A stretch of DNA of 64,000 nucleotides from Ascidiella aspersa (taxonomy: Eukaryota): positions 32,426,001 through 32,490,000 of the forward strand of contig OZ004610.1 of the NCBI GenBank assembly GCA_963924565.1. Direction: 5' to 3'. Made by a program: the position numbers and the translations under genes. Position 1 is the stretch's first letter; every line of letters begins with the position of its first letter. This document shows, piece by piece, positions 12,401 through 27,400 of the stretch. Below the pieces are notes generated by a model. The model was not told the origin of the DNA. It saw only the letters and a program-made list of their open reading frames with translations, and did no database searches.

Positions 12401-15400
12401 TTAAAACAGATAAGGACGTAGACTTTTAAAATGTGGAATATTTTTCAATCATGTATTGTGGCTGGGTAAGTTAAATGACACCCCATGAGTAGATTGCTGA
12501 ATATCCACATTAAACCGGTGATATATTCGCTGTAAAATCGGAATCGGAATCGGGACCTATGGACCGGATTCGGTTGTTTTTCGGACGCACCCAGTAATAG
12601 GAATAATGACTAATTTTCACCAAAAATTCGTTCACAAAAGTCAATTTATTTTTTTGCTTGGTGAAGAACCTCGGACTTGAAAGATAATAAACAACTAATA
12701 GTCAATAGAAAACCTGATTAGGGGAAAGACAACTTTTACAATCTTTTGTAAAGCGCTCTAAATGTTATTTTTTAAAGGAGGAAATTTAAAGGAGGAATAT
12801 GTCTTTAATTTTGCTGTTATTTTTTTTTAATTATCATACTATTATATGGCGGGGAGTGTTTTGTTACGCAAATTTACTAGCAACACGATAGTACGAGTTT
12901 AAAGGATAATTTGCAACTTAAGATAAAGGCCTTAAGGAAAGCGATACTGCTGTTATAGAAGTCATACTTCGGCCAGAGGTCATATGTCAGTTGTTTGGTT
13001 ATGTCCCAAGTGGCATTAAATGTCTTCGCGTACAAAAATAGCAAGAAAAGTACACACACAGTGAATTTCCGACATTTCGGCCTAGTAGTAGAATTGGGCT
13101 GATAGTAAAAAAACGGCTAAGGAAAAAGCAGCTATGAAAACCACAAGTTTAACAAAAAAACGTCATCACTAAATAATACACGCCAAAAAAAACAAAAAAA
13201 CAAATACACGCCAGAAAAAAACAAAAAAACATTACGGGATCGGTTTAAAAAAGATTAAGAACCACTGCTCTAGGGAATAGACACAGTATAACGCACAGTA
13301 CTTGTAAAAGCCATATATATATGGCCAAAGGAACCGGCTTTAAAAACAAGTATTTATCTCACCATGATGTTTCTTTGTAGGGGTCATCGATAGCTGCTCG
13401 CACAATGTACAACACAACAGTGAGAAGCTTCAGAATAAAGATGAAAAGTCGAATGCGGAGACCTGAGTGAAAATACAAGATCGTGGAACAAATGTAAGTT
13501 CAATGTTTTGAGTAAAGCTGGTTCACATATTTAAAATTTAATCTCCTGATTTAAATGTATAGTGCGAGTAATGATACGGAAACTGATAATGGTATTTAAT
13601 GTTTCTATGTAAATATTATATTTAGCAACTGATTGAAGTATCTTACTATATCTGAGACCAAACTTTAAGGTACATATCAAATTGCAATCTACCCAAACTG
13701 AAAAACGTGTAAGACCATAACCCTATTCCTATATCCTTACCTTCATTTCATTTAGGAAAAACACCAATGTGGATATTAGCTTACTATCTAAATCGCCTTC
13801 CAGAAAACATTATAATCTACCTAATACTTTTACGCTCGTACAAAAACATTTTATACGCTAAAATTTGACGAAAAACTAAATTCTATTTACATTTAACAAC
13901 ACATTAGGAGGATTTAATTAAAAAAAGTTGACATGTTACGATGGGAGCCCAATAGCAAGTCAAATAATACAAAGTAAAATATTTTGCATTATTGTCTATA
14001 CTGATAAAATATCCCGATCCATATTTTACTGGTGACTGCCGCCACTTTTCGAAAACCGCCGACGAAAAGTGATTTTTCAGACCAAAGCCGGATTCCATTA
14101 AAAGCCACAACCTTAAACGAATCCATTACCTGGACCAAAGCAAAGCCGTCAAATCTGTTCGATCGTTCACTTGAAGCGTTATGTCTGCCTTTTTCATTAA
14201 CGCGACCGCCGCCTAACATTAATTAAACATTGGCGCGCAAAAATCGAACACATTAAACGAACGGCGTTTTGCGTAAGTCTGAGGATTGGTGGTTCGAATC
14301 CCTGTCTTGACTTTGTGTTTTTTTTCTTTTATCAGTTTTTTTTACCAGTTTCTTTTTCTTTTTATGTATTGGTCTATTTACTAAAAAAACATTATAGAAG
14401 TCAGGGGTTCGAACCCCATGCAAATATTGAAATTGATGCACCAAATGAAATCTATGTAGTAGCGTCATAATGAAATCTACATTTTACTCAGTGTTTGCAA
14501 AACGATCTTCATATGGTTTTACGTTCAAATCTCAGCCAAGACGTTTTTATTTATTTGGCCTATCGCAAATTAATAACAATTTTTCGTACAGTTGTTGGTT
14601 CAACTTTGCCTTTTTTTCCAATTCAGAACACACTGTTGTATAAAAATAAAACCTATAAGGTTATGAGTTCGAACCTTGGGGCGTCACATGTATTTTGGCC
14701 TGGTCTTATTTTGCAGTTTATTTCTGGTAAAAAATTTTCAACAAACCAATCCTGGGTTTGCAGGTTTACAAACTTATGACTGGCGAAAAATCCAAATAAG
14801 GTACTAAGCTATACTTAAAAAAATACACACACATATGTGTTCAACAACTGTGATTCTCACCGTTCCGCGATGCCTTTTGTTGCACTATATACGCAGGTGT
14901 ATTTCCAACTTAACGAAAATGCAAGGCACTTACTTATGGTTTGATTCTTGACGAAGTAGTAGCGAAGTCGTTCCATGAAGGTGCTCTCGTTCACAAATAG
15001 CTTCATCTGCATCCTGAAAAAAAAACATTTTACTTTTAAGACTTCGAAAATTGCGATATTGTAAACTAGTCATTCTGAAACGCCTTCCCAGTTAAGCCAT
15101 TTGCGCAAAGAGTTTATAACGATTTTATGCATATTTGTGCAAACGCCCCGTTTGGGGTGCATAGGGTGCCACCGATAAATGGTGATAAGTTTTTCTAAAC
15201 CACTCTATGTTTCGTTTGATGCACATGATGTTGAACTCTCACGGTCAGGCAAACAACTATTTAACATTAATTTCCATGACGAAATTCGGCAAAATACCTG
15301 CCTAAAAAAAAATAAAAAATCGGCGTCTGTGTAAATATTATACAGTTACACCTGCTAGAACAGAGTTAGTTCAGAATAAATTGGTGCATTTCTTGATTTT

Positions 15401-18400
15401 GGTTCTGTAGATTTTATAGTCATAATCCCAAAACAGTTGGAAGCACATTTGGGGCAAAAACCCGCCACAGCAAGGTCTTTACCTATTGTGGGCTGACAGT
15501 ATAGGTGGAGCCCTTGGGAGAAAAAAAAAATTTTATCGGGCTTTGGAGTGTCCATAATGATAAAATTATATGTGACAAAATTATTTGTAGCTACATAAAC
15601 AGAACAACAAGCCACAAGAGTGTTTACGAAATAAATATGAAAATTCCCCTTTGAAGAGTTTATACATTTTCGGTAAATATTGAAATATAGCTTAAAACCA
15701 ATAAATATTGTCCCAACACGGTAGACCCTCTATTATAAAAGTAAAGGTTCATAATCAAAATATAAGTGCAGTTCAATGCAAAAAGCACATACTTAAATAA
15801 AATAGCCCATAAGTACAAAAAACCTAACCTATGAGCGTATTTACCAATTATAAAGGGATTCTTCCGACATAAAGGGGTTCTTTTGACTAATATGTATTAT
15901 GACAGCAACCGTACATTCATTGAACGTATTTACCTTTTCGGGGCTGACAGTGTAGCGCTAGAGCCGTTTGGTGAAAGAGCAATTTTATCAGGTTTCAGAC
16001 TGTCCATTGTCTGTGGAATCGGGCCGTTTTGATTCTGATCGCTAAAACTCGATTTTATATGTTCCTCAGCCTCGGAAATTTTTCTGCTTTTCCGAACGGC
16101 CATTTGAAGGGCTTAAGACCAGGCTTAAAGGGGTTACATCCCGTGATTCACGTAGTTACTTGTGGTAGTTGTAACCTTAGCACTTATACCATAGCACATT
16201 TCGCAAACTTACGCTGCAGAAAGTTTAAAAATTGGTTGATAAGCATGGAAATGTTTGTCGTATACACTTAATATACCATCTTTAATAAGACAGTGGATTT
16301 ATCTTTTATTTTAGCTTTAGCTTCTGTACTTCATTGTTTAGCTAGATGGAATCTGGGTACATTAAGATATCCTATACTATTTGATCGGAGCCGATGCCCG
16401 ATGCTTTTATAAAGTCGGGTTGTTATCGAGAAAAGATGTGTTGGACATTCCTATACTAACAGATTACAGTATGGCACTATTTGTTCAAATTACCTATATC
16501 AATAAAAAGCACAATTCCTTCAAACAACCCAATTATAATTGGTTTACAATTGGCTTGCAGACAAATTTGCTGTAAATTCAACTCTCCATATGTAAAGATT
16601 ATTCGCTTGTACAGTGCGTGACCTGTCCACGTCAAACCAGCAGACTTGGGGCAAAGTCGAACTTGATTTCGTACCGTGACCAGAGACAGCCTGTTCTGTC
16701 TAAGCGCGTATAAACGTCGATGTTTTAATGCATTGCCGAGTTTGTATCCTATTTCAATAGGTTCACCATTAAAAACCAGTATATTCCACGCAAAAACATT
16801 ACAGTAAAACTAACGTTTGTTTTTAACTGCCTCTCACACAATACGCACTGATGTTTCTTCTGAAAAAGCTATATCTGGTCTTGCCATGTTTTTTTTACTA
16901 TAAGCTTATTTACGATTAGAAACAACCATTTGTAGAAGTGTTCTCAACCATTTTTCGCGACAACCCAAATACAATGCGTAAAGATAACAGCGGATCTCAA
17001 GCGACTTATTTCTCTTTACTGAATGTTTTATAAATGAATAAAACGTAAGATAACATGAATAAGTTCGAAATTAATTCATTTGAACCAAGTCTTCATATTC
17101 CACCATCAGTTTTCTATAATTTTGTGACAATATAGCTCTCAATAAATCTAACTATTTGACGTTTTGCAGTCAACGACCCAACCAACCAAAGGGCCCTATT
17201 TGGATCGCGACGTACAGATTGAGAAACACTGATCTATTTAACCTACCAGCGTACAAAACTACCATATCAAAGTACAAAAACAAGCGAAATTTACCATGCC
17301 AGCGTACAAAACTGCCATACCAGCGTACAAAAATGGGCTAAAATTTACATTAACGTTTATATCAGCGCACAAAACGAGCTAAAAGGGGGCAAAGTCAAGG
17401 CGACAACATATTTTGACAAAATCGTGAGCGTTTGAAACAACGACAAGCGGTTGTGACAATTCAACCTTGTAATTAACCAAACAAAGAGCAAAATCCGTGA
17501 CTGTGTTTTCCACGAAAAAGTCAGCAACTAAAGAGTGTGAAGTTAAAGCGAATGGTCCTTGAATTCAAGTTTGACATTCGAGCTGCAAAATCACCTGTAT
17601 TTTACCGCTACCCAAACTATATCAGCGTTAATCGAGCAGATTAAAAAAGTCAAAAATTCGTAATTTTGCAATTACCGTTTCACTACCACGTGGTGCGTTT
17701 TTTCACATAAACCTAATACAAAGCTTAACAAAAATCCAAATTGAAAAACTAAAAGTGGACGAATGGTACTTTGGGTTCAAGTTGGAAATTCGAGCTGTAA
17801 AAGCACCTGAATGTTGTACAGACAAGTTCTCACTTAACCAAGACGACTCTATTTTCCCATTTACACAACGCGCAGACTCGTAAAGTGCCAAATGTGACTG
17901 GATTGTCTGGTCGAGTATCGCGGATCCGTTTAAACTCTAGTAGGAATATAAAAGCCCATATAAAAGAAGTAACATTTTCAACGTTTCCCATAACTCTTCA
18001 GCTATTTCATCATGTTTGGGAAATTGTTTGGACCATGTTGGAAAAATGAATAAAGAGTTCTAAGAAATGTTTTAAAAGCGAACTACTTCTTTATAGGCTT
18101 TGACATTCATTCCACATCTAACTATACAATCTTAAACCATTATTTAAAGATTTTTTCGAAACGTTCACAATATGCTACCTACTTCTTAATGGTCTATTAT
18201 ATTCATTTTACGTCTAACTACAACCTGCAGCCATTGTCTTAGAAAGTATACAAAACGTTCGCAGAATGCTACCTACTTCCGTATGATTTTAATATACCCA
18301 CATCTAACTACAACGCCCAGCCATTGTGCTCAACCTTAAACTGTGCTTGGTTTTCGTCTCACATGACACACACCGCTACTTTCTCCGTCAAATATTAGGA

Positions 18401-21400
18401 GACATTTGCGGCCAGATTGCCTTAGATTGTCTAAAAATAGCCGTTCAAAGACCGCCAGCTCGAAAATGATCCTTGTACCTCGAAACGCGGCGAAGTTTCG
18501 TAAGGGAACGACGATACATATCACCGCAAAGTCACAAGACCCGTGTCTGGCCAGTTTGTCTGGCTATGGTGAAAGAAACTGCTTGTTATGTCTAATTGGT
18601 TTGGCTAAATTCAGTTTTGGAAAAAAAATCGAACTAAAAGCGAAATTGGGTATTTGAAACCACAAGACGCTGTTTAGTCCATCTTTTTGCTTTATTTTTG
18701 GATATTTTCGTTAGTTTTACTCTTTTGTGCAAAAACCTCCACTCTCAACCAGTCTACATGGTCACAAAAAAGTCTGGAAATTTGCCAGCATTTTTATCCT
18801 CTATTTTTTAGTCTGGAAATTTAAGCATTTTTATCCTCGTACAACACAAATGTAAAATTTGCAACGAAAAGTAGATAAAAAGGGCCACAAGATATGTGGT
18901 GGCCTTGAAAAACGGGCATGTTCCATCCAACTGTGTCGTATATGCTTTATATCATATAAAGGCATTACATCAACAACACCTGAAACTGTGCTAGCGTGTG
19001 CAGTCGCATTAGCTAAACGGTTTGCATGCTTGTTTGCAAGTATAAGGCCCAATTTAAATCAATTGCTTTCGCTACTATTAAAGAAATCTGTTGGTTTACC
19101 TTGTTTTTATAGGACTATAGATATGTTTAAAATGCTGAAAAATAGCCAGTACCTTTGCTGCATGTTTTTGCTCATACAACATAAAATGTTAAAATTTGAA
19201 CTAAAATAGGAAAAAATCTGGGAAAATGGGCCTAAAAAATTAGATTAAAGTAGCAATAGATCTAATTTGAACGAAAGATACAAAAGTAAAACGTTTAACA
19301 ATGAAACACTAGTAAAATTAGACATATAGGCTCGAAAAACGTCTGTGTTTCGCCCACCTATGATCATATCAGATAAAAGCATTACATCAACAAACTCGTA
19401 TCTCTATGACTTAACAGATGGGCGTTCGCACTGTCTCAACGGTATTGTGGCATATTGTAACACTGGTCGGGTAAGCTGACTTTACGCAGTCTCATGCAAC
19501 TTTTGATTCTCCTATAGTCGCCAAATACACGCGACTTATTTCTTTTAAATGTAATACGTATTCGTTTAAATTTCAAAGCGTTGTGCGTTTATTATACTGC
19601 AGCTTTTTAATGTTTCCCCTTGACAAAGTATTACACCATTTTTTTTATTTCCAAAATGACAGTTGCATTAAAGAAAGAGTTTTTTTAACGGTTTTATGGC
19701 TTATGGCAATGTTTTCTGCAAAATCGATATGAACGCCGTATTTTGCCAATTTTGATGCAAGAAAACGACGAAAATGAATCAATTCTTCAAAAAAGTAAAC
19801 TTCTGCATGTTTTAATGCTGCATATTGTCAATATATACTCAGGCTTTTTGCTTTCCAATCTGCACTGAAATATTTCTTCAGATTTTCGACACCGAAAGTA
19901 GTTATTAAAGCATGATTGGCAGTTAGGCAGCCCTCGGGCAAAATAACAGACTATGAATCATTTCCGCGGCGCCCACATCAAACCTTTTTTGCAAAAGCAC
20001 ACAAACAGAATAAGAGGTTTTCGCATTAGCTTAGCGTTCCTATACCTTCATTCGCGGAGACCGGAAAACTAAAAATTAGTTAAACAGCGAACCTTTGGCG
20101 ACAAAATTATATTCATCGAAGTTTTAATGAGTAACTCAAACACAAAACGAGTAGCTTAAATATATTTAAATTTAATTAATATGGGCCATTTCATCGCATT
20201 GCTTTAGCCCAGTGGTTCTCAACCTTTTTTCTTTCGTGGCCTATTTACGTTGCAAAAAAATTCTGTGGCCCAACAAATGAAAGAAAAAACTGTAAAATAG
20301 GTTTAGGACAAAACACAGCAGAACATATTTTAAAACAGATTATTCATTCAACCGTGCATTAGTGAGATACTTGCGGCTGAACAATAAATTTACATTCCCT
20401 TTTAATTCCTCCCCAAGCCATTATTCCTTGAAAATTAAATATAGTGACGCATATGAAACTAAATCTAGCTTTTTAAAATTGGTCTGTGGCCCACCTCAAA
20501 TGTTCCTATGGCCCACCAGTGAGCCATGGCCCACTGGTTAAGAACCGCTGCAATAGCAAATCATGCTCTGGGCCCATCGCAGTAAAACTAACCTGTTAAC
20601 TGCTATATATATAGTCGGCGACCCAACCAAATTAAACGGCGGTACAATTTTGGGTCGCGGCCCGTGGGTTGAGATACACTGCATTAGGTGAACCGAACTA
20701 GCAAACGCTTTCCGTGTCGAATCTTTCTTTTACAGCAACCCAAGTTTTTTAATGCTGCAATTTTTTTAAGGCTGGCGATCTAACACAACCGCTGTAATAT
20801 TTCGCTCTATTTTAAAATGCTTGATTACCATTGCTTTTTCAACACAGTAAACATGCTATCCATCAACAAGTAAAAACGTGGAAGTACTTAGCTGTACATT
20901 GTTACAGTCAGGTTCAGAATAAAGGAAAACCCAGGTTATTGAAAATGACTGAAATCACATATTGCAACAATCGATAACTCAAACCTGTTTCATAATACTA
21001 ACTTACAGTCAATCCTGAAGTCAAGTTAGCATCCACGCGATATAAAGCAATATTTGCGTTATGACTATAGAGGTCCCACAAATAGCCTACCTCATGGGTC
21101 AACTAAATCGTTGCTCAAATTAGCTGTTTTTAATTATTTTACGTTATCTCAGTTGTTTTCGTGAAAACAGATAAGCAGTTGTATCTATTCCGAAAGCAAA
21201 ATTCGAGCTGATTAAAGATAAAATCACTCTTTAATACTAAACAATAAGGAAGCAATGTAAGGCGACGTCAAAAACAGAATAGTCTGGCTTTTTCGCATTT
21301 GTATTATCGCTCTATCGTATCTGCAACAACCAAATAATGGCCATATGCTGGCCTTTTATCGCTGTAGACACAACGTATTTATGTTCCGCGATAAGGGTGC

Positions 21401-24400
21401 GATACACTGAGAATACATAGGAAGAAATATTTCCTTTATCGATCGAGACAGAATTACTCATATTTCCAAGAATACAGTTCGTCTGTACATCGATATTGTC
21501 TGTTATAAATGTTTACATTGCGTCTATGTCACTGTAATAAACAGGGGTTTTATTCTGTTATGTAACAACCTTATGTACCACGCAGTTTAATAGTCGTCTG
21601 CCACGTTCAAGTAATTGCCCTTGCCTTTTGTAATGTGCTAAGTTGCTATGCTACACAAATAGTAAACAACTAGTCGTTTATATAGTTGCCCTTGGATCAG
21701 AATTACACCTGTCCTACAAGTACTACATCTAAGAAAGATGGCTTGAATTCTGTTTCAGACAAAATATTCTATTATCGTGCCTCGAAACCTAATCCATGAT
21801 TGCCATTCGACGGCCTAAGGTAGCCAATAACATTGGAGCTGGGTGTAATTTACCATTGTCCGGGGTTGAATTACAGGCGTTCAATTCTAGTGGGGGCTTT
21901 GTTGGGTACAATAACAATAATAAAGCCATTGATGGGTGATTTAGCTTTCGAAAAAGCGTTGTGGGCTTAAAAGGCCACAGACCGAATTTGAACCAAAAAA
22001 GGTACAACAATGAATTATAGGAATGAAAATTAACGGCCTTTCAAGATGGCATTGTAGTTGTCTAGCTCAAAATGATCTTCTCCCTTTTTTAATTTTTTTA
22101 GATGAATTTACACTTGTGTTTGCTAGCCGTCAATCAAATCCTAGAGAGGTTTGAGACAGGGATAGTGCAACAAAATCTAAATTACAGCGCTGACCTTGAT
22201 TATTATATAACCACTGCCACAATAAACATTACTTGTAGCTTGTAGGAACTGACGATTTGAGTTTTATCGTTAAATGAAACGTATTACGTAGGAGCATATC
22301 TGCGTAGGATATATATTATGTTAACGCTGAGCTTACCAACTGAACTGAAACTTAATACACATGAACTTAGCTGCAATCTGACCCTTTTGAATTCATACCT
22401 ACCAACGAAAACGTCATTTCAATAGTACACCGGAAGTATTTGAGAGAGCTAACTGAAATACGATAATCATTCAGTCGTTTGCTGCAGAAAAACAATAATA
22501 TCTCCATTTAACAACCACAAAACGCAGTATGCTATACTGCGTATAGTTTACTCAACCTTTTTAGTGATGACCTAAATACTAAGCGCATGTTTAACTGCGA
22601 AGCCTTGGACACTAAATTCTCTCTACTGAGCTTTCTGTAAGCGAACAAAATATGAGACATTAACAAAAAGCTTTTATGAGCGGTGGACATTGTTTACCGG
22701 CCACCGGATTTTCGTAAAAGTAGCCTACGCATTTACTTAACATGGTGATTTCTCGCTGAAGGCTTTTAGCCTGGCCAGCTGTTAACCATGTAAAACACAC
22801 GTTTACCGCATCAATATATCAAGCTGCGGCAAAAGGAGTATGCTTTATAAGCTTTTAAAATCGCATTTCTACAAACTTATCCACGTTGAAGAAATCATAA
22901 CTAAAAGGACGTTACCTGGTAATGTAAACTTGCAACCGCTTGCAACTTTTATAAAAAAATATATCGTTAAGGGTAACTGCATCACTGGGAATAAAAGCCT
23001 ATTTACATTTAGACGTAGAATATTAAAGCCTATAGTTGGCTTTGTTGTACGTTTAGAACAACTATTTATTTATTTTCAACATGCATTTACATTTTTTGTT
23101 AAATATCAAATACTACCAAAAAGTAATGATAGAAATAATTTAAGCGGTGACCACATATAAAACTAAATTAGCAAAACTTTTAATTCTTTGAAGCTTTTGA
23201 TAAACCCTTGATTAAAGTCTGCTTATAACAAGAAACAGAGATATTTTCTATTTTGACCTAATATTAACATCAACACAAAATGATTACGCAAAACATTACA
23301 TCATTACATCCGATTATCAGACTATTGGTCGCATTTTTTCAGGGTTTGTTGTTATTAAGAACACAGCAAAAAGTCTGGGCAGTTTAATTTGCCTAATAAA
23401 GCGAAAAAATCCCTTTTTCAAACATAAGCGTTTTTCGCCCCACCGCTATTTTGGTATCCGAAAACTTTCTCCCCCTCGTTTAGGTGCTTTTGTACACAGC
23501 TTTGGTAAAACGGGGCTGCATTTAAAGCATGGCTGCGGAGTCGGTTAAAAACAACCCGAGTCCGACTCCGGCCAAATGTATGATTTTGTCGAGTCGCGAG
23601 TCCAGCTCTGACTCTACAGGCTGTATTTTACCCATTTACTCAACAAACTTAGAGTGACTCATATTGGTGCCATAATTGATCCATCCGCATTACATGGTTT
23701 AAAAATACTTCACCATTTGCTATTACACTTTTGCAACTTACATTTTGCCGCCTAAACAGTTTTAAAATCTTTTGTATATTTAAACCAAGGCTGCGGAGTC
23801 GGACTCGGGACTCGGGTAGTTTTACGTGGTCTTACTCGAGTCCCGAGACCCGAGTCCCGAGTCCGACTCCGACTCCGACTCCGCAGCTCTGATTTAAAGT
23901 AACGCAAACTGACCATATTACACAAATATATATCTTTAAATTGTTCAGCCCTAATTAACTCTAAGCAAAATATGCCTAATTTAAAAAGCATGTGAGTGAA
24001 TGAAAAAAAATAAAGCCAATACATAAACTTAACACCCTTGTAGGTAGGTGTACATATTTGTCTAATTCTAAATCTAAAAGCAGTTGGCACTCTTTAACGA
24101 CAACTTGTGTTAATTAAAATAATAATACTTCGACCTGATGAGGCACGGTTGTGCGAAAGCTTGTCAAGGTTTTAATATAATTTGTCCTAAAACAGTGCCT
24201 CCTGATTTCCATTAACTGATTAGCTGCTTCGACACAAAAAAACAAACAAAACTGCACGTTATGATATTCTTGGGTCTCTCAACACAAAGATATCCAAGTT
24301 CGAGCAACAAGATCACGTTCGCCTCATAATCTAAATCGCTCTTCTCGCGTTTCAGGCTAAATCAACATTTTTTTAGGTAGTTTCATCGAAACTGGTTCAA

Positions 24401-27400
24401 ATAAAGAAAACCAACAAAAGTCAGTAAATCGCCACCAATGAAGCATGGTCGTTTGGGCGTGCTTAACTCCCAACAACATTGAGCCTTGTATACCTCCTAA
24501 GCTTGTTTAAGGTGGCATAGATTTGCACGCCCATGCTTCAAGCTGTAAATCTTTCTACTGTCATCGACTGTTAAACGCAGCTTTGCAAGTCACGTACACC
24601 AATTTTAGCCGTACGGCGACAACAAACTCTATCAGTTGTTATTGGAATCGTGAATTTAAAAGCACGTGTATAAATGGCTCGGCGCATAAAGTCAACGCAA
24701 TGTGCGGTTTTTGAATACAATCTCCTTCAAAAATAAAACTGTAAAAGAGACGTGGTTTCGAGCATGGTGGTTGGAGTTTGTAGTAAAACGTAAGAATCAT
24801 TTTGAACAATTTCGAATATTTATTTATTTATTTTCAAGATTTTGAGAACGAACTGCTTTCGATGTATTTTCTTCAGCTTTATTGTCACTTTTTCCAGAAG
24901 AAATTACGTTACAATTTTTACACCAAAAATGTCAATTAATGTGCAAACCACTCCTTACATTTTTTCTCCTTAATAAAAAAACAAGTAATCAAGAAAGAGT
25001 ACTTTCTGCTTTAAAAAGACAACGTGTTATCTATGCTACAAAAACGCGACTTTGGAAAATAGCTAATGTCTAACGGTCCAAAAAATTGTGACATAGCTGC
25101 TACCAAAAAATGCCTTTTTCCCCTAGCGACTAACAGAAACAGACTTCTAAAATTGCCATAAAAACAAATCATTCTATTTGTCAGCATTAACAAAACCTCT
25201 TCACAAACTACAAAGTATTAAAGCAGCCTTCTAAAAGGACGCTCGCTTAAATAGCTTAAAATTCGAAAGGTCACTCAATTTTCTGCCTCCCAGTTTCTGA
25301 CTAGCGTACTGTGATAACTCCCAAGTATTCTCCCAAAAGACCATAGCAAACGCGTGGGCGGTATTTTCTTTTTTAGTGCCTTGATTTTGTACGAACTTGG
25401 GAAACCTTTCCAGATTTGGTGAAAATTTAAAGGTTTAAAATAGTATTTTATTTTTCTAGTTCCTTTTTTTGTAGGAACTCTTGCAAACCTTTGTGAGATT
25501 TGGTAAAAATTTAAAGTTTTTACAATAACGAGAATAAGGGATTATTTAAGGTAACAAACAAAATAATAATTGGCAAGCATGGCCAAAGTTCTCAAATCAC
25601 GTTTTACTAGAATACGACTTCACATTCTCAATTTACTAATTTTTTCCAACTTGCGTTTATTATGGGTTAGTCAAATTATTTAACTAGGGATATCAAATAC
25701 TTAATGTTAACATAAGTCACGCTATCCGGTCTATACGAAATGACGTCATTAGAAATAAACAAATAACAAAAAAATGGTATAATTCAGGCGTATAATGTTT
25801 TTTTAGTTTAGTTACCTCCAACAGCGGCTATCGGTTACGATTTGATAAAATCGTACATAGCTGGTAAAGAGGTAACTAAACTAAAAAAATAATATAAAAA
25901 TAATGCTTCATAATGTATATTTTGTCTAAAGTTATTTTCGCAAAGAAAAAAAATTCATTCTATAATTTGTTTCTATTCTTTTTAGTACAACCATTACAAT
26001 TTAATAAAAGAAAACGCGAGTTATTATCTGACCGCGGCAAACCAGTTGCAGGAAAACGAAATGCGCAATAAAAACTAATTCGGACGAATCGCATGAAACG
26101 CATTAAAATCTAAACCTTTGTGATTTATAATGCTAATAATACAGAACTCGCGCAGCTCGTTTGACTCTGACTGAAAGACAATAAACGTCCCTTGTGTTAA
26201 ACTGTGGCCCGGGAAAAATCAATAATTCATTGTTTGATCAACGACATGTCATTTGCTTGATCAAGATTTGAACTCGCGACCCTTAGATCTTGATCGCCTG
26301 TTCTTAAGAACTTGGCAGTTAATCGTTCATCGTTGAATATATACTCGGGAAATCTAAAGTATAAGAGATTTATAGAGATTCAAAAAAGCGATATTTTCAT
26401 AAGATAATTTTAATTTATAAAAATAACAGCTTTTAAGGTTTCAAACTTCTCGTGTATGTATAATTGTGTATTTGTGTAAACGTTTGACAAAGACGATAAC
26501 AAATATTCTGCCACAAAATTTTATTTGCTCTAACTATTGGTAATATTTTTGGTAAAAATTAATTAAAATTCTCTAATGAGATGGACTATCCGGTTTGTGA
26601 ACTACTAAATCTCGCATATAAACGTTTTAGAAATTCAAAAGGCAGGTCGGACGCTTTTTTATTTAAATAAAATATATTTTACTTCAAGGGTTGTCGAAAT
26701 AATAAAGGCTTTTTGGAGAAATTTAACATGGCTGATTTAATGCACTACAAAAGTCCGTACATTTTGAAGCACTCAGGATATTTCCATTAAAAAGGTAAAC
26801 TTCGAATTCGCTTCATTTCTCGCCAAAGCATTGATTCACGGCCAGTTGATCACGTTATGATCAAAGCCCCAATAGCTTGATTTGTTTAATTTGCGGCGCT
26901 TTTTAGTAAATGGCAAAATACAACTTGTTTGCGTGAATTTTCTGACAAATTAAACATTATACAAAACACCCTAACATTTCGAGAATTCCGGTGAACAATT
27001 TTTGTATATTAAGTACCTCATGGAACGCTATTTACCAGTATGATCGAAATAGTACGATTACTATGCTAGGTTTCGATCAATTCAAACTGCATGAACAAAA
27101 CACGTCTTCATTTCACTAGTTCCAAAACTAAAATACCAGAAATCAACCTGTTACTAGTCTAAACCTGACTAAAGTGGCTATCAGCGGGTTTCCCCAAACC
27201 AAGCCCAGCCACAGCCTTTTTGAGAGTCAAACCAAATGTTTTTAAACCGATATCGCCACACCCACACAGCAACTGACACCTATGACCTCATATGAAAGCA
27301 AGTATTCTTCACAATTTTCTGGGATAATATCAGACACTGTCATTTTATAGATATAAGGAAATATTTTCCACAAGTCCTATTTGTATAAGAGACTAATGGT

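Noticed and set aside
14275-14680. Three GTTCGAA B-box-like motifs (also a minus-strand one near 26265)
   Set aside because: No cloverleaf can be built; probably decayed SINE fragments.
17970-18002. CTGAAGAG...GAAACGTT on the minus strand in the abundant repeat
   Set aside because: There is no helix II, and the family consensus reads ataaagag rather than CTGANGA.
18336-18657. Overlapping ORFs and a possible alternative KCNT exon
   Set aside because: The candidate ag..gt exon has an in-frame stop in the needed phase and no recognisable protein.
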